Notes: generated by a model not told the origin, from the sequence alone. Shown: positions 17,237-24,981, counted from the stretch's first letter. The stretch: 33,706 nucleotides of DNA from Tepidisphaeraceae bacterium (GCA_049511115.1 JBEKYH010000001.1:1-33706), one strand, 5' to 3'. A program made the numbers and translations.

Positions 17237-17809
17237 TCACTGCCCCTTGGCATATCCAATGACGCCGATGCCGATGCGCGCGCCGGGATTGGCCTTGGGG
17301 GTGAGATCATCCTCGCTGGTGTGGACGACAACGCTGCGGCCGACGATCGCATTGGCGCCGTCGGCAATGGAAATGTCCGGCGAAGTCAGATCGACGGTCG
17401 CCGTACCGCTGTCATCGGCCTTGACGTTACCCAGGTCGCCGGCCATGTGCGGGCCCGAGCCGGGCCCGCCATGCACCTGGTGGGTCGGATTGAAATGCCC
17501 GCCCGCGGCCGTGCCGTCGTCCTTGGTCAGATCGCCGAATTCATGGATATGGAATCCATGCACCGAATTGGGCGCCAGGCCGCTGATGGTCCCGTGTATG
17601 TGCACTCCGTCGGGCGTGGTATCAAACCAGAGGACGCCCGTCACCGAGTTTCCCTTGGTCGGTCCCATCACGCAGACCGCCCGAATCGCCGCCGGCGGCG
17701 CTGCCGGAGGAGCCGTCTGACCCCGGGAAGTCAAATTACTCGTCAGCATTCCCACCGTCGCCGCGAGCGCCAGGACCGCCAGGAATTGAATCGTGTTCGT
17801 TGTCCGCAT
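17237..17809 (-). CDS. sodC: Periplasmic Cu/Zn superoxide dismutase
   Basis: Metal-ligand blocks HGFHIHEFGD, GGHFNP, HMAGDLGN and VVVHTSEDD, plus the C-terminal GARIGIGVIG. ATG at 17809 is preceded by AAGGAGA. The longer ORF start at 17845 is unlikely. Confidence 0.9.
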   Translation of the reverse strand: MRTTNTIQFLAVLALAATVGMLTSNLTSRGQTAPPAAPPAAIRAVCVMGPTKGNSVTGVLWFDTTPDGVHIHGTISGLAPNSVHGFHIHEFGDLTKDDGTAAGGHFNPTHQVHGGPGSGPHMAGDLGNVKADDSGTATVDLTSPDISIADGANAIVGRSVVVHTSEDDLTPKANPGARIGIGVIGYAKGQ

Positions 17810-17949
17810 TGGTGTTCTCCTTTTTTGTGGACCGCTTGATGACATGTTGCCCTACCGAGAAATACGGCCGATCGGCCGATTCGTTGGAATTGTGAATTGT
17901 TTTCGACCATTTGTCAGACCGGGTATCGTTCCCTTACCTTACCCGTTCA

Positions 17950-18876
17950 ATGAAATACCGTCGCCTGGGCAAAACCAATCTGCGCGTCTCCGTCATCGGC
18001 CTTGGCACCTGGCAATTCGGCGGCGAATGGGGCAAGGACTTTTCCCAGGACGACGTCAACGGCATTTTCGACGCCGCTCGCCAGACCGGCATCAACCTGA
18101 TCGACACCGCCGAATGCTACGGGGATCATACCTCCGAAGCCTTTATAGGCGAAGCGATCCGCCGCGATCGCGCCAACTGGATCGTCGCCACCAAATTCGG
18201 GCACAAATTCCACGGCTACCTCAATCGCACCGACGAACGCACCGCCGCCGATGCGCTGGTGCAGGTGGAAGCTTCGCTCAAAGCCCTCAAGACCGATTAC
18301 ATCGATCTATTGCAGTACCACAGCATCCGCTTTGAAGAATTCAACAACGACGAACTATCCGCCATCCTGGAAAAGATGCTCCAATCCGGCAAAGTCCGCC
18401 ACCTGGGCAACTCCATCTCCGGCCAGACGCGCAAAAACGTGGACCAGGTCGAGGCGTCCACGCGCCGCCATGTGGAAGCGATTCAAGTCATCTACAACCG
18501 CCTGGATCGCGCGCCCGAGGAGCAGGTTTTCGCGCTATGTCAGGCACAAGACCTGGGCGTTCTCGCCCGCGTGCCGCTGGCCAGCGGTTACCTCAGCGGC
18601 AAATACAAGCCGGGCGATTCGTTTCCGGCCAACGATATCCGCGCCGGCCACGACCCCAGCGCCACCGCCGAAAAGCTGCGCGAAGTGGCGCGCATCTCGC
18701 GTGAGGAGGTCCCGCCCGGAGCCGAAATGGCCCAATGGGCGCTCGCCTGGTGCCTGATGCATCCTGCCGTGACCGCGGTCATCCCCGGAAGCAAAACTTC
18801 CGCCCAGGTGCGATCCAACGCGAGAGCGGCCGACCTGGACCTGGTGAGCGGCGATCATCCCCAGGCCTGGCGATGA
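17950..18876 (+). CDS. Aldo/keto reductase (cytoplasmic)
   Basis: MKYRRLGKTNLRVSVIGLGTWQFGGEWG, DTAECYG and LQYHS are typical AKR blocks. The ORF track start at 17911 is TTG and the ATG is at 17950. Confidence 0.85.
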   Translation: MKYRRLGKTNLRVSVIGLGTWQFGGEWGKDFSQDDVNGIFDAARQTGINLIDTAECYGDHTSEAFIGEAIRRDRANWIVATKFGHKFHGYLNRTDERTAADALVQVEASLKALKTDYIDLLQYHSIRFEEFNNDELSAILEKMLQSGKVRHLGNSISGQTRKNVDQVEASTRRHVEAIQVIYNRLDRAPEEQVFALCQAQDLGVLARVPLASGYLSGKYKPGDSFPANDIRAGHDPSATAEKLREVARISREEVPPGAEMAQWALAWCLMHPAVTAVIPGSKTSAQVRSNARAADLDLVSGDHPQAWR

Positions 18877-18902
18877 ATGCCTGAGGGAAATCGCCGTTTG
18901 GC

Positions 18903-19838
18903 TCATGCCGCTTCGGCCAGGGCCGTGTTCATGAGCTTGATGGCCTTGTCGATTTCGTCCGTGCTCTTGAAGCCGATCACCACGGCATCCAGCTCCGGCA
19001 GGGACATGGCGAATCGCACGGATTTCTCGCGGTCGGCGTCGCTCTTGAATTCGCCGTTGCCCATGATCTTCATGCCGATGACGCCGCGGTTCTTGGCCTT
19101 CATGTTCTTCAGCTCAGCCAGGACCGGAGCGACCTCATGCACCGGGCTGCCGTTGCTGACCCACATGACTTGTTCCATCCCGTCCATGCGGATGCCCTGC
19201 GGGTTGACCCGGACAAGATGCACCTCCGGCCAATCCGACGCGATGGCGGTGCGCAGCGCGGGCAGGCTGTGGCAGGAGACGCCCTTGGCCCGAATCCATT
19301 TCTTGTCCTGCGCTTCGTTGAGGCCGTCCAGTGTGCGCTTCCAATCGTCGGTCCAGCCGTCCTTGAACATGCAGTGGACCAGCAGGCAATCAACGTAGTC
19401 GGTATTGAATGTCTTGCGGTGACTGTCAACTTCCTGAAGCACGTCCGTCGGCTGGTCAGGAAGCTTGGAGACGATGAAAAGCTTCTCGCGCGGCAAGCCC
19501 TCGATGGCCCCGGCGATCTGGTCGAAGGTGTGATACGTCCGCGAGGTGTCGATGTAGGTGATCCCCTGGTCGTAGGCGTAATGAATGAGCTTTTTGAAAG
19601 CATCCACCCCGGAGGCGAGTTGGACGGCGCCGTTATTACTCCCCGTGCCAAATCCCAGGCGGCTCAGCTTCAAGCCGGTGCCGCCCAGGGTCACCTGGTC
19701 CACGGCCGTGCGTTTAACGGCGGCCTGGGCCGCGGGCGCCTGGGCGAATGCGGCGGGTTTAGAAGCGAGCGCCAACGCGCCGGCGGCGAGGGCGGTTCGC
19801 TCAAGGAATTGACGGCGGCTGAGATGCTCAGTGCTCAT
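18903..19838 (-). CDS. Aldo/keto reductase with a twin-arginine (Tat) signal peptide
   Basis: SRRQFLERTALAAGALALASKPAAFAQA is a consensus Tat signal. The AKR core includes LGFGTGS, IDTSRTY and LLVHCM. RBS GGGAGGA lies upstream of the ATG at 19838. Confidence 0.8.
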   Translation of the reverse strand: MSTEHLSRRQFLERTALAAGALALASKPAAFAQAPAAQAAVKRTAVDQVTLGGTGLKLSRLGFGTGSNNGAVQLASGVDAFKKLIHYAYDQGITYIDTSRTYHTFDQIAGAIEGLPREKLFIVSKLPDQPTDVLQEVDSHRKTFNTDYVDCLLVHCMFKDGWTDDWKRTLDGLNEAQDKKWIRAKGVSCHSLPALRTAIASDWPEVHLVRVNPQGIRMDGMEQVMWVSNGSPVHEVAPVLAELKNMKAKNRGVIGMKIMGNGEFKSDADREKSVRFAMSLPELDAVVIGFKSTDEIDKAIKLMNTALAEAA

Positions 19839-19988
19839 CTTGCTGTCCTCCCGGAGGTGGTTTTAGTTACACGGGCATTCGTTTGTTCAATCTGCCTCGG
19901 CACAGCATTTTGAAACGTGAAACGTGAGTATACCGGGGAGTTTGCCGCGTGTCTTCGCCTGCCAAAGGAAAATTTACAGGCCCCCGCG

Positions 19989-21149
19989 CTACCCAAAATG
20001 CCCCTCATTCGGCGCCGCCGTCGGCAGGTTCCCAATCCCCGGCGTGGGCTTCATCCAGGCGCTGCGCTGCCAATTGTCCGGCGCCCCGTCCTCGCTCATG
20101 AGCGGCGGCACGGCCAGCAACATTCGCTCCCCCAGCCCCTGGATAAACGGCTCATAGGTGGCGCGCAACTTTCGCAGCGCTTCCTCCGCCCCCGCGGCGT
20201 CACCGAGCGGCACCCCCGCCGCTTCCATCGCCAACCGCAGCGCCGCAAACTGCGCGGATGTCAGCCTGTCCGGCGTCGCGGCCGCGTCCGGCGCCTTGGC
20301 TCGCAGCACCAGCGTCAAGTCCACCGCCGCGTGCCGGGCGATCGCGAATGTCACCTGCGGCTGGTATGTGCTGTCGCTGTGCATCTGCGTCATCATCACC
20401 GCGCACGTGTCCAGCACCGTCGTCAGCGCGGCCACCCACGATTGGTTGTCATGCTGCGACCGATAAAAAGCCAGCACCGGAAACGACAGTTGGCCTTCCA
20501 GCAACTCCGCCGCCCAGCGCTCCCATTCCCCCAGGAACGGCTCCAGCGAGGCCGCGCTATTCGTCCGCGCCGCCCGCAAAATCAGTTGCGACGCGCTCGG
20601 CGGCGACCCGGCTCGCGCGTCCAGCAATGAGATATTCACCTCGCGCCGCGAATACGCCTGAAACAGGGCCGGCAGATAACTCAAAATCGCCGCGAGGAAT
20701 CCAAATCCCAGCCCCGACTCCGCCACCGCCAGAAAACGCCCCAGCGGCGTCGCCGGCGTCACGTCGCCATACCCCAGCGTAAAGAACGTCGTCCCGCTCA
20801 GGTAAAGGTAAGTTCCAATGGTGATATCGCCGCCACCGGAGTTGATGAGGACGGCATCCCGCAATCCCCACAGTAAAAACGCAAACCCCACCACCAACCC
20901 CACCACCCACGTCGCAAATATCCCCAGCAGCGACAGCGGCCCGAACGTGCTGAGAAACGCCGCCCGCCGCTTGTATTTCTTCAGCCACGTCTGCGCCATG
21001 TATCGCCACAGTGCCCAGAACAGCGTGTAATACACGCGCGCAATGCGATACCGCCGCGCAACCCGTCGCGGCTGCACGACCGTCTCAAATCCCTCGACGA
21101 GGATCCACACGATCAAAGCAGCGCCAAGAAATGCGGCCAAAACGTGCAA
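19989..21149 (-). CDS. Potassium channel family protein (2-TM pore plus uncharacterised C-terminal domain)
   Basis: Selectivity filter TFFTLGYGDV (nt 20763-20780) is flanked by hydrophobic helices. The start is uncertain: the codon at 21149 is TTG and there is no nearby in-frame ATG. Confidence 0.75.
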   Translation of the reverse strand: MHVLAAFLGAALIVWILVEGFETVVQPRRVARRYRIARVYYTLFWALWRYMAQTWLKKYKRRAAFLSTFGPLSLLGIFATWVVGLVVGFAFLLWGLRDAVLINSGGGDITIGTYLYLSGTTFFTLGYGDVTPATPLGRFLAVAESGLGFGFLAAILSYLPALFQAYSRREVNISLLDARAGSPPSASQLILRAARTNSAASLEPFLGEWERWAAELLEGQLSFPVLAFYRSQHDNQSWVAALTTVLDTCAVMMTQMHSDSTYQPQVTFAIARHAAVDLTLVLRAKAPDAAATPDRLTSAQFAALRLAMEAAGVPLGDAAGAEEALRKLRATYEPFIQGLGERMLLAVPPLMSEDGAPDNWQRSAWMKPTPGIGNLPTAAPNEGHFG

Positions 21150-21233
21150 GCGGAAAGCTCCGATGAAGACGATTCCAAGCTTAGGCGCGACATCGCGCGA
21201 ATCGCGGTTATACTCAACTCGCGAGGAACTTCC

Positions 21234-21384
21234 ATGAAGGCAAAACGCGCAGGTTTGTATCGCTCAGACGCCTTTGCCGCCATCCATGAGGCGGCCGAGG
21301 CGCTTTATCATGTCCGCGCTATCAACAAAGTCACGATGCGGGAATTTGACCGAGCGTGCCCGGTCGCGCCTTCGACAGGGCGGC
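21234..21384 (+). pseudogene. N-terminal fragment of a COG2944-type HTH antitoxin; the HTH domain is missing
   Basis: MKAKRAGLYRSDAFAAIHEAAEALYHVRAINKVTMREFDRAC matches the N-terminal segment of antitoxins of the form ...AAIHETA.GLH.AGV.DK.TMREFD..CLTPV... as I recall them. After this point the frame runs into the 3' end of larE on the opposite strand (ORF 21144-21485) with Pro/Ser-rich sequence and no HTH. Confidence 0.4.
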
Positions 21385-22287
21385 TCACCCCTTCGCCACC
21401 GGAATCCCCACGCGCACATTCAAGCTCCCCCGCCGATACCCCTGCAAATCCAGCGTCACGTGCGCGTAACCAATCTTCACGATAGCCGCTGCAATCTTGT
21501 CGGCCACTCCCTCTCCCAGCATCTTTAGCATCTCCCCCGGCCCGATCTCAATCCGCGCCAGGTGCGCTACCATCGGCGGCGAACCACCGGAAGAGGCCCC
21601 ATCTCCCGCCCCGCGCCTAGTCGGCACATTCACCTTCAACTCATGATGCCGCACGCGCACATCCTTGAACCCCAGATCGCGCAGGACATACTCCGCCTGC
21701 TCGATCATCGCCAATTTCTCCGGCGTAACCGCCTCCCCATACGGCACGCGCGAACTCAAGCAGGCCATCTGCGGCTTCTCGGCCGTCGGCAGACCCAGCA
21801 GCGCCGACAACTCGCGAATCTCGGCCTTGGTCAGTCCCACTTCCTTGAGCGGCGCTCGCACCTGAAATTCCGCCGCCGCCTTGGCTCCGGGCCGGAAATC
21901 GCCGACATCACTCGCGTTTTCGCCGTAGGCGATCACCGCGAACTTTTCCGCCCGCGCCAGCGGCGTCAATTTCTCGAACAGTTCATGTTTGCAGAAATAA
22001 CAGCGATTCGCCGGGTTTGACGTATAGTTCTCATTGGCAAACTCCCCCGTCTGAAGCACGCGAACGGGAAAGCCAAAAGCCGCCCCAATCTCCAGCGCCT
22101 CCTGCAACTCCCGCCGCGGCAGGCTCGGCGAATCCGCAATCGCCGCCAGCGCCCGCTCGCCGAGGCTCTCATGTGCCACCCGCGCCAGAAACACCGAATC
22201 CACGCCGCCGGAATAGGCGACGAGGCACGAGCCGTATCCGCTCAGGAGCTCTCGCAACCGCACGAGTTTGTCGCCGGCCGTGCTCAT
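21385..22287 (-). CDS. larE: LarE, ATP-dependent sulfur transferase for nickel-pincer nucleotide cofactor synthesis (PP-loop ATPase)
   Basis: PP-loop VAYSGGVDS. CYFCKHELF (Cys96/Cys99). MACLSSRVPYG (Cys176, aligned with the sulfur-donor Cys region of characterised LarE). C-terminal VTLDLQGYRRGSLN. The ATG at 22287 overlaps the larC stop (ATGA). Confidence 0.85.
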   Translation of the reverse strand: MSTAGDKLVRLRELLSGYGSCLVAYSGGVDSVFLARVAHESLGERALAAIADSPSLPRRELQEALEIGAAFGFPVRVLQTGEFANENYTSNPANRCYFCKHELFEKLTPLARAEKFAVIAYGENASDVGDFRPGAKAAAEFQVRAPLKEVGLTKAEIRELSALLGLPTAEKPQMACLSSRVPYGEAVTPEKLAMIEQAEYVLRDLGFKDVRVRHHELKVNVPTRRGAGDGASSGGSPPMVAHLARIEIGPGEMLKMLGEGVADKIAAAIVKIGYAHVTLDLQGYRRGSLNVRVGIPVAKG

Positions 22288-23597
22288 CGCTTCAATTTCC
22301 TCGCACTTTGAATCGCCGCCTCAAAAACCTGTTTCACCGGCACCTTCTTTTCCGCCGCCCTTTTTTTCACCGACTCAAACTCCGGCGCCGCCTGCACCAC
22401 CGTGCTTCCCAGCCGCCCTATTTTAACCGTCACATCACCAAAATCCGTCTTGAGAGCAGCAAATTCGCGTTTTAACTTCCGCCGGTCGGCAATCGTCCTC
22501 CGCACGCCAAACGAGGTCGTCTCGCGCAACATCAGTTCACTGAACTTGTCCGCCTCATCTTCACCGCACAGAACCGTCAGCAAAATCCCCGGCCGATTCT
22601 TTTTCATCTGTATCGGCGTATGAAAAACATCCAGCGCCCCCGCGGCCAGAGCCGTCTCGATAAAACTGCCCAGAATCTCCCCCGTGCAATCGTCCAGGTT
22701 CGTCTCCAGCACGGCAATGCGATCGGTCTCCCAGTAGGGAGGCGCTGCCGCGATCGCGGCCTTGCCATTGCCCTTGATCTTCCCTTGCCTCCCCAGCACC
22801 GCGCGCAACACATTCGGCCGCGTCTGGTTTTCCCGCGTCCCCAGCCCAAAGCCGATCTTGTCGGCCACCAGGTTGTCCATAACGCCAAAGCTCTCGGCAA
22901 ACTCCGCCAAAATTGCCGCCCCCGTCGGCGTCACCAGTTCGTGCGGCTCATCGCATTGGGTGATGCCGATCCCGCGCGCCCCCAGAATTGCCAGCGTCGC
23001 CGGCGCGGGAACCGGAAATCGCCCATGCGCGCAGCGAATCCAACCCGTCCCCTCGACCACCGGCGAGCTCACCACGCGGGGTTTTCCCAACAACTCCAGC
23101 GCAATCGCCGCCCCGACAATATCCACAATCGAATCCACCGCCCCCACTTCATGAAAGTGCACTTCTTCCGCCGCCATCCCATGAATTTTCCCCTCGGCCT
23201 CCGCCACGCGCCCAAAGACGCCGATCGCCTTGCGTTTCACCCAGGCCGACAGTTTGCTCCGCGAAATAAGCTCCTGAATCTGCCTGAAATTGCGGCCATG
23301 CTCGTGCGTATGCTCACGAGCCTGCGCGCGATTATGCATATGGGGATGTTCATGCGGATGCGCGTGGACGAGATCGTGCCCGTGCACGTGGTTGTGTTCG
23401 TCCGCGAGATGCACGTCAAACTTCAGGCCCGAAATCGCCGACCTTTGCTGCCGCGAGACATGGATGTGGTACCCATCGAGTTTGAGTTTCTTCAGCTCGC
23501 GTTCAAGCCGCGCCTGATCGACGCCCAGATCGAGCAGCGCGCCGATAAACATATCGCCGGCAATGCCGCTGAAGACATCAAGATACAGGGTTTCCAT
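22284..23597 (-). CDS. larC: LarC, nickel-inserting cyclometallase for the nickel-pincer nucleotide cofactor
   Basis: N-terminus METLYLDVFSGIAGDMFIGALLDLGV is typical of LarC. There is a His-rich Ni-binding stretch HLADEHNHVHGHDLVHAHPHEHPHMHNRAQAREHTHEH (nt 23298-23411). It is a single uninterrupted ORF. ATG at 23597 overlaps the larB 3' end by 20 nt. The longer ORF start at 23684 is unlikely. Confidence 0.85.
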   Translation of the reverse strand: METLYLDVFSGIAGDMFIGALLDLGVDQARLERELKKLKLDGYHIHVSRQQRSAISGLKFDVHLADEHNHVHGHDLVHAHPHEHPHMHNRAQAREHTHEHGRNFRQIQELISRSKLSAWVKRKAIGVFGRVAEAEGKIHGMAAEEVHFHEVGAVDSIVDIVGAAIALELLGKPRVVSSPVVEGTGWIRCAHGRFPVPAPATLAILGARGIGITQCDEPHELVTPTGAAILAEFAESFGVMDNLVADKIGFGLGTRENQTRPNVLRAVLGRQGKIKGNGKAAIAAAPPYWETDRIAVLETNLDDCTGEILGSFIETALAAGALDVFHTPIQMKKNRPGILLTVLCGEDEADKFSELMLRETTSFGVRRTIADRRKLKREFAALKTDFGDVTVKIGRLGSTVVQAAPEFESVKKRAAEKKVPVKQVFEAAIQSARKLKR

Positions 23598-24351
23598 GAT
23601 GTGAAGCCAGTGCGTTGATCTGGCTCGCGGCGTAACCCGCCCCAAAGCCGTTGTCGATGTTAACCACGGTGACGCCGCTGGCACAACTATTCAGCATCGA
23701 CAGCAGCGCCGCAATTCCGCCGAAACTCGTGCCATACCCTACGCTCGTCGGCACCGCGATAAGCGGCTTGGAAACCAACCCCGCGATTACTCCCGGCAGC
23801 GCCCCCTCCATCCCCGCCACCGCGATGATGACATTCGCCTTTTGGATCGTCTGGAGCCGCGCCAGCATCCGGTGCAGCCCCGCGATGCCCACGTCATGAA
23901 TCCTCTCGACGCGATTCCCCATGATCTCCGCGGTGACCGCCGCTTCCTCCGCGACCGGCAGATCGCTCGTCCCCGCGCACACCACGGCGATGAATCCCGC
24001 GCGCTTCTCCAAGGGTTTCTTTTCGAGCGTCACGCAGCGCGCCGCCTCATGATGCACCGCGCTCTTGAATCTCTTTTTCATCGCCCGGACATGCTCAATG
24101 GAAACGCGCGTCGCCAACACCCGCTGGTTCAGCTCCCAAAGCTTCTCGGCAATCCGCACCACCTGCAGTGGCGTCTTCCCGCCCCCGAAAATCACCTCGG
24201 GAAAATCCTTCCGCAGGGCCCGATGCGTATCCACCTGTGCAAATCCCAGGTCCGCCACCGGCGCACTCTGGAAGGCATGCAGAACATCCTCGCGCGTGAT
24301 CTTTCCGGCCCGGAATTCATCCAGCAGCCGTACGGCTTGGGTGGCGGTCAT
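23578..24351 (-). CDS. larB: LarB, pyridinium-3,5-biscarboxylic acid mononucleotide synthase (PurE-like)
   Basis: FPEVIFGGGKT, IAVVCAGTSDLPVAEEAAVTAE, GMEGALPGVIAGLV, AVPTSVGYG and LLSMLNSCASGVTVVNIDNGFGA match LarB blocks. Confidence 0.85.
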   Translation of the reverse strand: MTATQAVRLLDEFRAGKITREDVLHAFQSAPVADLGFAQVDTHRALRKDFPEVIFGGGKTPLQVVRIAEKLWELNQRVLATRVSIEHVRAMKKRFKSAVHHEAARCVTLEKKPLEKRAGFIAVVCAGTSDLPVAEEAAVTAEIMGNRVERIHDVGIAGLHRMLARLQTIQKANVIIAVAGMEGALPGVIAGLVSKPLIAVPTSVGYGTSFGGIAALLSMLNSCASGVTVVNIDNGFGAGYAASQINALASHHGNPVS

Positions 24352-24494
24352 GGTGCCCCGTTTCCTAAATCGCGTCTGTGCGCGTTACGAGCGAAGTGAT
24401 TGTAATATGGATCGATGCCGCGTGCGCATCTCCACAGTCATTCAGCGGTCCAGCGGTTTCTCACAAATGAAGATCATCGTGCAAGGCACGGCCT

Positions 24495-24950
24495 TTAACT
24501 TTGCCTGTGAATAGTAACGGGCAGGGTCGGTTCGAGCGTCCACCCGATCGCCTGCATTGAAAACGCAACGTCGATGTTGCGGAGCCCCAGATCTTGCTCC
24601 AACGGCGCTTCAATCAACGTCACGCGGCCCGATGCCATTTCCTCCTGATTCAACTTAGAGGTCAAGGCGAGCGCCCCCGACGAGAAATCCAAGCCGTAGA
24701 TTCTCTCAGCCTTGGTCAGAGCAACTTGGGCGAGAGAATGGCCGCTCCCGCATCCGATTTCCAGCACGGTTTTTCCGTCGAGAGGCCCGAGCAAGTCATC
24801 ACCCGCGCATTCGCCGAATGGTCCCCAGTCAGGCAGCGCGCAGACCCCGCGAAATCTCTCCGCGACGCGGTTCCATGCCTCTCGGTTTGCATCAGCCTCG
24901 GATTTGAACGCACGCATCCCGTGTTTGACTGGAAGGTCAACGCGTTTCAT
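24495..24950 (-). CDS. Class I SAM-dependent methyltransferase, apparently C-terminally truncated (151 aa)
   Basis: Motif I is VLEIGCGSGH, post-I is IYGLDFS and motif II is IDVAFSMQAIGW. The ORF stops ~15 residues after motif II, so the usual distal strands are absent. No continuation is evident in the other two frames downstream. Confidence 0.6.
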   Translation of the reverse strand: MKRVDLPVKHGMRAFKSEADANREAWNRVAERFRGVCALPDWGPFGECAGDDLLGPLDGKTVLEIGCGSGHSLAQVALTKAERIYGLDFSSGALALTSKLNQEEMASGRVTLIEAPLEQDLGLRNIDVAFSMQAIGWTLEPTLPVTIHRQS

Positions 24951-24981
24951 TTGCTGATTTCATCATGCGGATTTCCCGAGG

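Noticed and set aside
22620-23618. 332-aa plus-strand ORF antisense to larC, and similar ORFs at 21562-22020 and 23842-24399 antisense to larE and larB.
   Set aside because: The lar genes on the minus strand are unambiguous. The antisense translations are Arg/His/Pro-rich with no domain signature.
24399-24404. TACAAT hexamer (minus strand) ~45 nt upstream of the larB ATG, considered as a possible -10 box.
   Set aside because: There is no acceptable -35 at 17 +/- 1 nt spacing. Promoter consensus for this lineage is unknown to me, so it is too speculative to list as a feature.
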